A stretch of 64,000 nt of DNA from an uncultured Actinomycetota bacterium. Its GTDB lineage: Bacteria; Actinomycetota; Actinomycetes; JAHEKZ01. The DNA lies in the NCBI GenBank assembly GCA_963743915.1, contig CAVURN010000002.1, positions 593,551 to 657,550 on the forward strand, given 5' to 3'. The notes under the pieces are model-generated. The model worked only from the letters and a program-made list of their open reading frames with translations. It had not been told where the DNA came from and ran no database searches. Below, piece after piece: positions 1 to 10,493 of the stretch (position 1 is the first letter of the stretch; every line of letters starts with the position of its first letter). Made by a program: the position numbers and the translations under genes.

Positions 1-1214
<1,214 letters not shown>

Positions 1215-1310
1215 CCGCGCGCCGAGCGGGATGTTTGGGATATGGGCCCGACGGTGCCACCATGGAGGCAGTCCGGGGACCGCTCAGGCCTCGAGGCGAA
1301 AGGATCTGCC

Positions 1311-2165
1311 ATGACGCACTTCGCCCCTTCGTCCGACCACGGCCGCCGCCTGTACGGAGGCGATCCGTCACGACGGGTCACCCTGCACGACCTGGCCCGC
1401 GCCAAGGAACGCGGCGAGCGATGGCCGATGCTCACCGCCTACGACGCCATGACCGCCCGCCTGTTCGACGAGGCCGGCATCCCGGTGCTGCTCGTCGGCG
1501 ACTCCGCCGCCAACGTGGTCTACGGCTACGACACCACCCTCCCCATCACGATGGACGAATTGGTGCCGCTCGTCGCGGCCGTCACCCGCTCCACGCGTCG
1601 CGCCCTGGTGGTGGCCGACATGCCGTTCGGGACGTACCAGGCGTCGCCTGACCAGGCGCTCGGCGAGGCAGCCCGCTTTCTCAAGGAGGGCGGCGCGCAC
1701 GCGGTCAAGCTCGAAGGCGGCCAGCGGATCCTTCCGCAGGTCGAAGCGCTCGTCGGCGCGGGCATTCCGGTGATGGGGCACCTCGGACTCACCCCGCAGT
1801 CGGTCAACGCCCTCGGCGGCTACCGCGTGCAGGGGCGTGGAGGCGCCGGTGAGCGCCTGCTGCGCGACGCCAAGTCACTCGAGGCCGCAGGCGCCTTCGC
1901 CGTCGTGCTCGAGGTCGTCCCCGCCGCACTCGCCGAGCGCGTCACCGCCGCCCTGTCCATCCCGACCATCGGCATCGGTGCCGGTAACGCCTGCGACGCC
2001 CAGGTCAACGTCTGGCAGGACCTCGTCGGCCTCACGCCGGCGCCGCGTCCGAAGTTCGTGCGCGAGTACGCCGACGTCCGCTCGATCATGGCCGACGCCG
2101 TCCGTGCCTGGTCCGAGGACGTCGTGTCGGGTGCCTACCCCGCCGACGAGCACTCCTACGAGTGA
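1311..2165 (+). CDS. panB: 3-methyl-2-oxobutanoate hydroxymethyltransferase
   Basis: PanB hallmarks [41 protein letters not shown] and [11 protein letters not shown]. The ATG at 1311 follows AAAGGA; the track ORF from 1242 is an upstream extension. Confidence 0.95.
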   Translation: MTHFAPSSDHGRRLYGGDPSRRVTLHDLARAKERGERWPMLTAYDAMTARLFDEAGIPVLLVGDSAANVVYGYDTTLPITMDELVPLVAAVTRSTRRALVVADMPFGTYQASPDQALGEAARFLKEGGAHAVKLEGGQRILPQVEALVGAGIPVMGHLGLTPQSVNALGGYRVQGRGGAGERLLRDAKSLEAAGAFAVVLEVVPAALAERVTAALSIPTIGIGAGNACDAQVNVWQDLVGLTPAPRPKFVREYADVRSIMADAVRAWSEDVVSGAYPADEHSYE

Positions 2166-2863
2166 GGGCGGCCGTTCCACCCGGCGATTCGCACCCCTGA
2201 GTGCACCCGGTAGCGGCGGTTGATGGCGATCAGGTTCGCCGTCAGGGCCTCGACCTGACGGGCGTTGCGCAGCCGTCCGGCGTGGACGCCTCGGAGCCCG
2301 TCGATGCTGTCGGCAAGGTCGATGACCTGCTGCACCGCGACGTCGTCATCTCCGACGACCATCACATCGGTCTCCAGCGCAGCAGCTTCATCGAGGAGCT
2401 TCGACGCCGAGACATGGTGGAAGGCGCCGACGACACGCGCTGACGGCACCAGCTGCTGCGCCTGTTCGCAGGCACTCCCCTCGGGGACCGGCAGCGCGAA
2501 CGGACCTTGGGCATCGAAGCCGAGTGGGTTCACACAGTCCACCAGAACGCTGTCGGCGATCGAGTCTCCGAGCTGCTGCAGCGTTGCTGCGTGCGCCGCC
2601 CAAGGAACGGTCAGCAGCACCAGATCAGCGTCACAGGCGTCGAGGTTCGTGCCGCCGGTGACCTCTCCACGCGTCGACGTGGGTAAGGACGCCGCAGACT
2701 GCCGAGCGCGATCGCCGTCACGGGAACCGATCGCCACCCGGTGCCCAGCCGCAGCGAGCCGCACCGCCAGTCCTCGCCCGAGCGCACCCGTACCGCCGAT
2801 GATTCCCACACGGGTGGCCCTGGCACCGGGCTCACCCTCGACACGCTCACCCATGGCGTGCAT
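2156..2863 (-). CDS. NADPH-dependent F420 reductase-like oxidoreductase (NpdG family)
   Basis: 235-aa ORF with N-terminal Rossmann motif [30 protein letters not shown]. The family call is by recall. It overlaps the panB end by 10 nt in convergent orientation. An alternative start is M4 at 2854. Confidence 0.7.
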   Translation of the reverse strand: MHAMGERVEGEPGARATRVGIIGGTGALGRGLAVRLAAAGHRVAIGSRDGDRARQSAASLPTSTRGEVTGGTNLDACDADLVLLTVPWAAHAATLQQLGDSIADSVLVDCVNPLGFDAQGPFALPVPEGSACEQAQQLVPSARVVGAFHHVSASKLLDEAAALETDVMVVGDDDVAVQQVIDLADSIDGLRGVHAGRLRNARQVEALTANLIAINRRYRVHSGVRIAGWNGRPHS

Positions 2864-2892
2864 CGTCGCACCCGCACCGGCACGATGGTCAG

Positions 2893-3519
2893 GTGGATGT
2901 CAGCCGAGTGATGGTCCTGCGCGAGCTATTGGCGTCGTCGGGGTGGATCGAGCGCACCCAGGACTTCGCCCGCACGATCCGCCGCCGAACCACCGAGCCA
3001 GGCGGATTGCTGCTGGTCGGGACGCCCGATGCGGAGCCGTGGCACCTGGCCGCCCACCTCGATGACGAGTCCCGATGGACCGGTACGCCCGAGCTGAGCC
3101 CCACGCTGGTGCGTTACGCCGTGCCGCTCGAGGCTCCTCCGCACCTGTCGTTCACGCTCGAGCGCCTGGAGGCTGCACGCCGAGGTGAGACGGTCTTCGT
3201 CGTGAGCGAGGAGAGTGCTCCGGAGCAGCTGCTCCAACGCGCATGGGACGCACGCAAGCTGGGTGCGACGGTGCTCTCGCTGGACGCCGGTGATGCCGAG
3301 CTGCACGAAGTTGCGCATGAGTCACTGACGGTGCTGTCGACAGATACTGAGCTCGTCACACCTGAGCTCGTCAGATCGGAGCTCGAGGTCGTCTCGTTCG
3401 ACAGCGTGCAGCACCTGGTGAGCGTCGCTGCAGGTGAGGCTGCACAGTCGAAGCCATCTCGTTCGGTGCGCGAACGCATGGCATCGCTGCTCGAGAACAT
3501 CACCGGACCACGCATCTGA
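2893..3519 (+). CDS. hypothetical protein
   Basis: 208-aa ORF with GC-rich third codon positions. No motif recognised. Confidence 0.55.
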   Translation: MDVSRVMVLRELLASSGWIERTQDFARTIRRRTTEPGGLLLVGTPDAEPWHLAAHLDDESRWTGTPELSPTLVRYAVPLEAPPHLSFTLERLEAARRGETVFVVSEESAPEQLLQRAWDARKLGATVLSLDAGDAELHEVAHESLTVLSTDTELVTPELVRSELEVVSFDSVQHLVSVAAGEAAQSKPSRSVRERMASLLENITGPRI

Positions 3520-3737
3520 CGATGCACTATGCGTCGTGCACAGTGAGGTGCACGCACGAGACAATCGACGCGCAGACTCGCGCAATCGCTCATATCACGA
3601 CAGAATGTGCCGCGCGACGTTCGCGACACGAACGCGCGAATGCATGAACGGTGCTGGCGTCACGGTTGTGACGGTGACATCGTGCAACTCAAAGGCGTTC
3701 GGCGAAGGGGCCGGACACAGACGCGTCAGGAGGCACG

Positions 3738-4256
3738 GTGGCTGCAAAGACCACCACGGCCAAGAAGGCAGCGAAGCGTTCGACCGCTGCCAAGCGGACG
3801 ACGAAGAAGTCGACTGCTCGCAAGGCCGCAACGAAGCGCACGACCAAGAAGGCGACCGCCAAGAAGACGGCCAAGAGGGCCCCTGCGAAGCGGACCGCCA
3901 AGAAGGCCACCAAGAAGTCGGCCGCCAAGCGCACTGCCAAGAAGGCCACGAGGAAGACGGCCAAGAAGGCACCCGCGAAGCGGACCGCCAAGAAGGCCAC
4001 GAGGAAGACCGCCAAGAAGGCACCCGCGAAGCGGACCGCCAAGAAGGCCACCAAGAAGGCGGCCAAGCGCGCTCCTGCCAAGCGGACCGCCAAGAAGGCC
4101 ACGAGGAAGACCGCCAAGAAGGCACCCGCGAAGCGGACCGCCAAGAAGGCCACCAAGAAGGCGGCCAAGCGCGCTCCTGCCAAGCGGACCGCGAAGAAGG
4201 CCACTCGGAAGACCGCCGCCAAGCGGACCGCCAAGAAGACGGCTCGTCGGCGCTGA
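3738..4256 (+). CDS. Lys/Ala-rich histone H1/HU-tail-like basic repeat protein
   Basis: A GTG start follows AGGAGG. The 172-aa product is almost entirely A/K/T/R with repeated [17 protein letters not shown] units. The other five frames over this stretch give low-complexity shadow ORFs. Confidence 0.8.
   Translation: MAAKTTTAKKAAKRSTAAKRTTKKSTARKAATKRTTKKATAKKTAKRAPAKRTAKKATKKSAAKRTAKKATRKTAKKAPAKRTAKKATRKTAKKAPAKRTAKKATKKAAKRAPAKRTAKKATRKTAKKAPAKRTAKKATKKAAKRAPAKRTAKKATRKTAAKRTAKKTARRR
3888..4240 (+). repeat. in-frame tandem repeat with a 51-bp unit (17 aa) and a near-perfect 102-bp higher-order period
   Basis: acgaggaagaccgccaagaaggcacccgcgaagcggaccgccaagaaggcc recurs; for example the copy at 3999 repeats at 4101, exactly 102 bp later. 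Confidence 0.85.
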
Positions 4257-4267
4257 GTCATCCGCAG

Positions 4268-4309
4268 CACGTCAAAGGCCCCGACCGGATGGTCGGGGCC
4301 TTTGACGTG
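4268..4309. terminator. bidirectional intrinsic-terminator-like hairpin between convergent genes
   Basis: Perfect 19-bp stem CACGTCAAAGGCCCCGACC / GGTCGGGGCCTTTGACGTG with loop GGAT. Confidence 0.75.
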
Positions 4310-4312
4310 CGG

Positions 4313-4513
4313 TCAGCCTTCGGCGTCGTCGTTCCAGCGAGGGTCGCTGTCCCACTCCTCTGAGCGCTGACGCGCGTGCTCGAGCGCTGTGGCAGCCTCC
4401 GTGTAGTCGCTGAACGGCCCAAGTCGGACGGTGTTGGGGCACCCTTCCCCCGTCTCGACCGCCGAGTGGTCGAGGCACCACCAGTACTCGGGCGGGTCGA
4501 TACCCGTCGTCAT
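4313..4513 (-). CDS. small conserved-looking hypothetical protein (66 aa)
   Basis: ORF MTTGIDPPEYWWCLDHSAVETGEGCPNTVRLGPFSDYTEAATALEHARQR... with good GC3, ending at the shared hairpin. Confidence 0.6.
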   Translation of the reverse strand: MTTGIDPPEYWWCLDHSAVETGEGCPNTVRLGPFSDYTEAATALEHARQRSEEWDSDPRWNDDAEG

Positions 4514-4551
4514 GAGCCACTCCCTTCACCGTCTCCTAGACTGGGCCCATC

Positions 4552-5400
4552 ATGTCGGTTCTGTCACCCGGTCGCGTCTCGCCGCGGCGTCCCGTGCCCC
4601 CGGAGATCGCACGTCCGGAATACGTCAACCGTCCTGCACCGGCGCCGTACACCGGTCCCGAGGTCAAAGACGCCGACACGATCGAACGCATGCGAGTCGC
4701 CGGACGTCTGGCTGCCCAGGCCATGCGCACCGTGGCCGGACACATCGCACCTGGTGTCACGACCGACGAGCTCGACCGCATCGGCCACGAGTTCCTCTGC
4801 GACCACGGCGCGTATCCCTCGACCCTGGGGTACAAGGGCTTCCCCAAGTCGTTGTGCACCTCGGTCAACGAGGTGATCTGTCACGGCATCCCTGACAGCA
4901 CGGTCCTGAACGATGGCGACATCATCAACATCGACATCACTGCCTACATCGGCGGCGTCCACGGTGACACCGACGCCACCTACCTGGTGGGAGAGGTCGA
5001 CGAGGAGTCGCGTCTGCTGGTGGAGCGCACCGAGCAGGCGATGATGCGGGCCATCAGAGCCGTCGCCCCCGGTCGGCCGGTCAACGTGATCGGGCGTGTC
5101 ATCGAGGCCTACGCCCGGCGCTTCGGATACGGCGTCGTCCGTGACTTCACCGGTCACGGCATCGGTACGGCGTTCCACTCCGGTCTGGTCATTCCTCATT
5201 ACGACGAGCCGGCCTACGACACCGTCATCGAGACGGGGATGACCTTCACCATCGAGCCGATGCTGACGCTGGGCACCATCGAGTACTCGATCTGGGACGA
5301 CGGGTGGACGGTGGTGACCGCCGACAACAAGCGCACCGCGCAGTTCGAGCACACCATTCTGGTCACCGACACGGGTGCCGAGATCCTCACGCTCCCCTGA
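4552..5400 (+). CDS. map: type I methionine aminopeptidase
   Basis: Motifs [30 protein letters not shown] and FTIEPM, with FEHTILVT near the C-terminus. Confidence 0.95.
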   Translation: MSVLSPGRVSPRRPVPPEIARPEYVNRPAPAPYTGPEVKDADTIERMRVAGRLAAQAMRTVAGHIAPGVTTDELDRIGHEFLCDHGAYPSTLGYKGFPKSLCTSVNEVICHGIPDSTVLNDGDIINIDITAYIGGVHGDTDATYLVGEVDEESRLLVERTEQAMMRAIRAVAPGRPVNVIGRVIEAYARRFGYGVVRDFTGHGIGTAFHSGLVIPHYDEPAYDTVIETGMTFTIEPMLTLGTIEYSIWDDGWTVVTADNKRTAQFEHTILVTDTGAEILTLP

Positions 5401-5449
5401 ACCCGCCTACCGGTGATCGGTGCATTTCAGTCACGTTCGAGCTGCTTCA

Positions 5450-6490
5450 TCACCCTTCGAATGCCTGAGGTGCTTCGATCACCGGGATTGGCCCACCTTG
5501 AAGTGGGGCGCGGTTCACGAAACTCGCACGCGACCCCGGCCATGGCCCCGGTTCCACCAGCCACACGCCGGACGGCCACCGCCACCGTGACCGCAGCTGA
5601 GCGTCCCGCAGCTGGCGCCAACGGGCCGCCACACCGGCGGTGTCGACCCTCAATCGATCGCTTCCGTAGCGCAGGAACCGGAAGTCGCGGTCCTCGAACC
5701 ACTCTTGCCTCATCTTCTCGTTCCACAGGGCGTCGGACACCTCATACTTCGCCCGCCCATCGGCCTCGCCGATCAGCCCCCACTCCGGCCAGAGCTTGTC
5801 CGGCCGGTACCACTGCACGCTGCCATCTCCGACCCACCATTGCAGCAGCGGACAGGGGATGCCCTGGATCAGGAGGTGGCCTCGGGAGAACGACTCAAGC
5901 GGCGTCTCTGACAGACCATCTGCCCACGTCAGGCATTGTCTGGCGCGTTTCGCGAAGTTGATGTCACCGAGATCGTCCAGTACCTCAAGGGCTCGGTATC
6001 GATGTTCGGGATCCCGGGCAATCGCTGCATCCAGGGGCACGAGCGCCTGCGGGATCGGTGAGACCCGGCAGATGTCCACCATGGTGCGGGGCAACGAGGT
6101 CACTGGCAGCCCCTCAATCTCGACGACGTCATCCGCAACCACTCCGTAACGGTGGACCAGTACGCCGGACAACCTTGACCCGCCGGGAGATCGAGTTACC
6201 TCCGGTCGGACCTTCGACCACAGGGGAAGAGTGTGCAGGGTGGCCGCGGACCGGTGACTGACCACCACATCGGGACCTGCGGCCACGGCTCCACGCAGGA
6301 GCGGTAGCAGGCAGTCGTCTCGGGCCTCGGTGTACACCCCACCGCGGACGCGCATCAACAGGCCCTGGCGCACCCACCTGCGCAGGTCGTTGTCCGTGCA
6401 CCCGAGCTGTAACAACGCACCACGGGAAGCTGCTCCCTGAGAGGCCAGGTGGTCCTCCACGGGTGCAGGGAGCACGTGATCGCCGGCCAT
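5450..6490 (-). CDS. AbiEi_4-type N-terminal domain / DUF559-like protein
   Basis: The N-terminus LLQLGCTDNDLRRWVRQGLLMRVRGGVYT matches the AbiEi antitoxin-like wHTH. The C-terminus GEADGRAKY...WNEKMRQEWFEDRDFRFLRY resembles DUF559/Vsr-fold proteins. Confidence 0.7.
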   Translation of the reverse strand: MAGDHVLPAPVEDHLASQGAASRGALLQLGCTDNDLRRWVRQGLLMRVRGGVYTEARDDCLLPLLRGAVAAGPDVVVSHRSAATLHTLPLWSKVRPEVTRSPGGSRLSGVLVHRYGVVADDVVEIEGLPVTSLPRTMVDICRVSPIPQALVPLDAAIARDPEHRYRALEVLDDLGDINFAKRARQCLTWADGLSETPLESFSRGHLLIQGIPCPLLQWWVGDGSVQWYRPDKLWPEWGLIGEADGRAKYEVSDALWNEKMRQEWFEDRDFRFLRYGSDRLRVDTAGVAARWRQLRDAQLRSRWRWPSGVWLVEPGPWPGSRASFVNRAPLQGGPIPVIEAPQAFEG

Positions 6491-6682
6491 CGAGTGATGG
6501 TGAACGTTGGTACCGACGTCCGGACGAAATCCACAGCCGTCGAGAGCGGCGATCCGAAATTCGGCCGACCTCGCCCCACGACGCCCCCACCCTCTGGTGA
6601 TCGAAGCGTCCTAGTCACTTTGACGGGCGTTGGGATCCGCCAGAGTGACTAGATCGCTCCGATCACCGTCGCGAGGGTAAGG

Positions 6683-7882
6683 ATGCGGACGCCTGCGACC
6701 GATACCCCCACCATGCGTACTGGGAAGACTGCCGCGTCCTCAGCGGACGCCTGCCGTCGCTGCACCGCTCTGCTGCCCTCCGGTGTTGCCCGCTGCTCGT
6801 TGTGTGGTTGGCCGGCCGGAGTCGGTTTCCCGCCCACCGACGGCGAGCTCGCCATGACGACGCCTCCGGACGACGTCGAACCGGAGGTCGAGGCACCCGA
6901 CCACGGACAGCTCGACGCCCTCGCCGGCATCGCCGAGCGACAGGCGCCGCCGAGCGAAGAACCCGCCGAGGCGATGCCAGTGACGCCGGAGACCGGAGCG
7001 ATCGGAGCCCCGGTCGAGGCTGCCCATGTTCAGGAGCCGGATGTCGCCCACGATCGCGAGCCTTCACCCGCTCCCGAGACCGATGGCGCGATCGAGCAGT
7101 TCGACCCGCTCACCGCGCCTCTCGAGACCCTGATCGAGGACATCGAGCCGCAGCGTGGGGACGACGTGGTGGCGGTGGACGACAGCTCGGCTGTGCCCTC
7201 GCGGTCCGGGCGCACCTTCGACGTCCAGCGCCTCTGCCAGGTACTGGTCATGAGTGCTGCGCTGTCGAACCTCGCCCTCGCTGGCCTGGAGGTCATCGCC
7301 GAGGGTTCGATGGCGGTGCTCGCCCTGGCACTGGTGAGCCTCGGCATCTGGACGGCCGCGGCCATCACTTTCCTGCACTGGGTGTCTCGCACCTACGCCC
7401 GCGTCGTCAGCACGTCGCCGGTCCGACAACGGCACGGCGCGACGATGGCTGTCGCGGGCTGGATGATCCCGGTTGCCGGGTTCGTCATCGGCTACCGCGT
7501 GCTGCAGGACCTCTGGGCCGGCTCGGACCCAGCCACCCGCAGCAACCCCGAGGCGACTCCGGCGAAGGCACGTGTCATCGACGTGTGGCTGCTCGGACTG
7601 GTCACGGCGACCGTGTTCGGGTACGCCATGCCCCTGGCGCTGGGCGACTCCACCCTCTGGGGCGTCCTCAGCTCGGTCGGCGTGCTCACGGCCGCCTTGG
7701 CGCTCATCCAGGTCATGAGCACCCTCGGCGCCTGGTCCGTCGACACCGACACCGACAGCACGACCGCACCGACGACGTCCATCCAGGTAGCTGACGAGGG
7801 AACCGTCACGACACGGGTCGACCACCTCGAGGCAGTTGCACCTGACGTCGTTCCTGAGGAAGCGCCCGTCTCCGTCGACTGA
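6683..7882 (+). CDS. membrane protein with N-terminal zinc-ribbon and DUF4328-like C-terminal domain
   Basis: CRRCTALLPSGVARCSLCGWP, then an acidic Pro-rich linker, then TM segments with WVSRTYARV and GWMIPVAGFVIGYRVLQDLW. Start could also be 6710. Confidence 0.7.
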   Translation: MRTPATDTPTMRTGKTAASSADACRRCTALLPSGVARCSLCGWPAGVGFPPTDGELAMTTPPDDVEPEVEAPDHGQLDALAGIAERQAPPSEEPAEAMPVTPETGAIGAPVEAAHVQEPDVAHDREPSPAPETDGAIEQFDPLTAPLETLIEDIEPQRGDDVVAVDDSSAVPSRSGRTFDVQRLCQVLVMSAALSNLALAGLEVIAEGSMAVLALALVSLGIWTAAAITFLHWVSRTYARVVSTSPVRQRHGATMAVAGWMIPVAGFVIGYRVLQDLWAGSDPATRSNPEATPAKARVIDVWLLGLVTATVFGYAMPLALGDSTLWGVLSSVGVLTAALALIQVMSTLGAWSVDTDTDSTTAPTTSIQVADEGTVTTRVDHLEAVAPDVVPEEAPVSVD

Positions 7883-8000
7883 CTCCGACGCCAAGCTCGA
7901 CCTCGCAGGCCTGTTTCACCCGAGCACTCCTTCATGGTTGGCTGGCATCAACCAGAGCCGATGGCGGGTCAAGACCGCCGTGCAGGGAGGCCGGACACGC

Positions 8001-8777
8001 ATGGGTCGGGTGATCGGTGTCGACGTGGGCGGCACCGGCATCAAGGGTGCACTGGTCGACACCGAGCACGGTGACCTCGTGACCGCGCGGATCCGCGTCC
8101 CCACGCCGCACCCCGGAACGCCCGCCCATGTGGCGCAGACGGTGTGCGACGTCGTGGGCCAGATCGACGCCACCGGGGCAGTCGGTGTCACGCTGCCGGC
8201 CGTCGTACGAGCCGGCATCGTCGAGACGGCCTCCAACATCGACGCGTCCTGGATCGGCACGGACGCGCCGGCCTTGCTCGAGGCCGCGCTCGGTCGACCG
8301 GTCGTGGTCGTCAACGACGCCGACGCCGCGGGGCTGGCCGAGATCCGGTGGGGCGCAGGGCGAGGCATCGGTGGAACCGTCGTCGTCATCACGTTGGGCA
8401 CCGGGATCGGCAGCGGCCTGTTCATCGATGGCTGTCTGGTGCCCAACACCGAGCTGGGACATCTGCATCTCCATCACGGCGACGCGGAGGACTGGGCTGC
8501 CGAGTCCATCCGCGAGCATGACGACCTGTCGTGGGGGAAGTGGGCGGCGCGGGTGGACGCCTATCTGCACAAGCTCGAAGCCCTGATGTGGCCCACGCTC
8601 ATCATCATCGGCGGTGGGATCTCGAAGAAGGCAGACAAGTTCCTCCCTCGCCTCACGGTGCGGACCCCCGTCGTCGCAGCCCAGCTCCACAACGAGGCGG
8701 GCATCGCCGGGGCGGCCTTGCTGGCAGACTCCCTCGAGCACCCGCCTCAACCCACCGCGAACCGGCCTCAGGAGTGA
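8001..8777 (+). CDS. ppgK: polyphosphate/ATP glucokinase (ROK family)
   Basis: MGRVIGVDVGGTGIKGALVD start, VVVNDADAAGLAE, ITLGTGIGSGLF and ELGHL. The ATG is at 8001; the track ORF from 7836 is an upstream extension. Confidence 0.9.
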   Translation: MGRVIGVDVGGTGIKGALVDTEHGDLVTARIRVPTPHPGTPAHVAQTVCDVVGQIDATGAVGVTLPAVVRAGIVETASNIDASWIGTDAPALLEAALGRPVVVVNDADAAGLAEIRWGAGRGIGGTVVVITLGTGIGSGLFIDGCLVPNTELGHLHLHHGDAEDWAAESIREHDDLSWGKWAARVDAYLHKLEALMWPTLIIIGGGISKKADKFLPRLTVRTPVVAAQLHNEAGIAGAALLADSLEHPPQPTANRPQE

Positions 8778-8778
8778 G

Positions 8779-9810
8779 ATGACCAGCGAACGCACGATGC
8801 AGCTCGGGATGGTGGGTCTGGGACGCATGGGCGCCAACATGGTGCGCCGTCTCATGCGCGACGGCCATGAGTGCGTGGTGCACGACGTCGCGCCGGCAGC
8901 CGTCCAGGACCTTGTCGGCGAGGGCGCCGTAGGCGCGACCTCACTGGCCGACCTCGCCGAGAAGTTGGACGCGCCGCGAGCGGTGTGGGTCATGGTGCCC
9001 GCGGGCTACGTGCAGCAGACCGTCGATGCGCTGGCCGAGGTCCTGAGCGAGGGCGACATCGTCATCGACGGTGGCAACAGCTACTACCGCGACGACATCA
9101 CCCGTGCCGCCGCGTTGCGGCAACGGGGCATCCACTACGTCGACTGCGGGACCAGCGGCGGCGTCTGGGGTCTGGATCGCGGGTACTGCCTGATGATCGG
9201 TGGCGACACCGGAGCGGTGCAGCACCTCGATCCGGTCTTCGCGTCCTTGGCGCCGGGACACGGCGACACCAGCCCCACTCCCCACCGCACGAGCACCACC
9301 GGGACCGCCGATCGCGGGTACCTCCACTGTGGCCCGATCGGGGCGGGGCACTTCGTCAAGATGGTTCACAACGGCATCGAGTACGGGATGATGGCCGCCC
9401 TGGCCGAGGGGCTCGCCATCATCAAGCACGCCGACGCCGGCCTGCACGCGGGAGAGATCGACGCCGAGACGACCCCGCTGCGCGACCCACAGGCCTACCA
9501 GTACGAGATCGACGTCGCCGAGGTCGCCGAGGTCTGGAGACGGGGCTCGGTGATCGAGTCCTGGCTCCTGGACCTGACGGCCGACGCGCTCGCGAAGTCC
9601 CCCGACCTGGCTGAGTTCGCTGGTCGGGTCAGCGACTCCGGAGAGGGACGGTGGACCATGCTCGCCTCGATCGACGAGGGGGTGCCGGCACCGGTGATCT
9701 ACGCGGCGCTCAACGCGCGCTTCGAGTCCCGCGACATGGGCTTGTTCACGAACCGGGTCCTGTCCGCGATGCGCAACGAGTTCGGCGGACACGACGAGAA
9801 GAGCCCCTGA
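8779..9810 (+). CDS. gnd: decarboxylating 6-phosphogluconate dehydrogenase (short Gnd-like form)
   Basis: MQLGMVGLGRMGANMVRRL, IDGGNSYYRDD, GTSGGVWG and GAGHFVKMVHNGIEYG. The ATG at 8779 lies 1 nt after the ppgK stop. Confidence 0.9.
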   Translation: MTSERTMQLGMVGLGRMGANMVRRLMRDGHECVVHDVAPAAVQDLVGEGAVGATSLADLAEKLDAPRAVWVMVPAGYVQQTVDALAEVLSEGDIVIDGGNSYYRDDITRAAALRQRGIHYVDCGTSGGVWGLDRGYCLMIGGDTGAVQHLDPVFASLAPGHGDTSPTPHRTSTTGTADRGYLHCGPIGAGHFVKMVHNGIEYGMMAALAEGLAIIKHADAGLHAGEIDAETTPLRDPQAYQYEIDVAEVAEVWRRGSVIESWLLDLTADALAKSPDLAEFAGRVSDSGEGRWTMLASIDEGVPAPVIYAALNARFESRDMGLFTNRVLSAMRNEFGGHDEKSP

Positions 9811-9812
9811 CG

Positions 9813-10493
9813 ATGCATCACCTGCTGCAGGTCTGGGCGGACCCTGCCGAGGTCGCATTGCGCGCAGCTGCCTACGTGGCCGAGCGGGCCTCCGAGGCCG
9901 TGGCCGACCACGGTGCGTTCACCTTCGCCGTCAGCGGCGGCAGCACTCCCCAAGGCATGTTCGTGGCCTTGAGCGGCATGGACGTCCCCTGGTCCAAGAC
10001 GCAGATCTTCCAGGTCGACGAGCGGATCGCGCCGCCGGACGACACCGACCGCAACCTGCACCACCTGCGGCAGGCGCTCGGCGACGTCCCCGCGTCCCTT
10101 GAGACCATGCCGGTGGAGCTCCCCGATCTGGCGGCCGCAGCGGAGGAGTATGCGGCACACCTGCCCGCCCACTTCGATCTCGTCCATCTCGGGCTCGGGC
10201 CGGACGGCCATACGGCGTCCCTCGTTCCGGGCGACGCGGTGCTCGCCGAACGGGATGCGGCCGTCGCCGTGACAGCCGAGCCGTACCAAGGCCGTCGACG
10301 GATGACGCTGACCTACTCCGGTCTGGCGAGAGCGCGCCAGATCCTCTGGTTGGTCACCGGCGTCGACAAGCGTGACGCCCTCGCGCGGCTGCTCGCCGGG
10401 GACACCGACATCCCCGCTGGGCGGGTCACCGCCGACGCGTCGCTCGTCATGGCTGACCAAGCCGCCGCTCCAGAACCAGGAGCTGCGGCATGA
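9813..10493 (+). CDS. pgl: 6-phosphogluconolactonase
   Basis: [24 protein letters not shown] and [16 protein letters not shown]. The ATG at 9813 lies 2 nt after the gnd stop. Confidence 0.9.
   Translation: MHHLLQVWADPAEVALRAAAYVAERASEAVADHGAFTFAVSGGSTPQGMFVALSGMDVPWSKTQIFQVDERIAPPDDTDRNLHHLRQALGDVPASLETMPVELPDLAAAAEEYAAHLPAHFDLVHLGLGPDGHTASLVPGDAVLAERDAAVAVTAEPYQGRRRMTLTYSGLARARQILWLVTGVDKRDALARLLAGDTDIPAGRVTADASLVMADQAAAPEPGAAA

Noticed and set aside
3520-3737. Repeated TGCAC words and a short TTCGCG/CGCGAA palindrome upstream of the histone-like gene, considered as a possible riboswitch or operator.
   Set aside because: The arms are only 5-6 nt, expected by chance in this composition, and match no known RNA family that I recognise.
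3434-4363. Repetitive ORFs (QEGH.., RRPPR.., FLAVRLA.. repeats) that might suggest several overlapping repeat proteins or a CRISPR-like array.
   Set aside because: They are the five alternative frames of one in-frame 51/102-bp coding repeat (the Lys/Ala-rich protein at 3738..4256). There are no unique spacers and no cas genes.
5450-6490. AbiEi-like domain as evidence for a type IV toxin-antitoxin or abortive-infection system.
   Set aside because: No AbiEii/NTase toxin gene is adjacent. This architecture (AbiEi_4 N-domain plus DUF559-like C-domain) is a common stand-alone actinobacterial protein.
7836-9812. N-terminally extended ORF-track models (7836.., 8614.., 9651.., and similarly 1242.., 26348..27211, 38318..38785, 49708..50310).
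   Set aside because: The extensions read through upstream genes or intergenic DNA. Internal starts with RBS and tight or overlapping spacing to the upstream stop fit the family N-termini.
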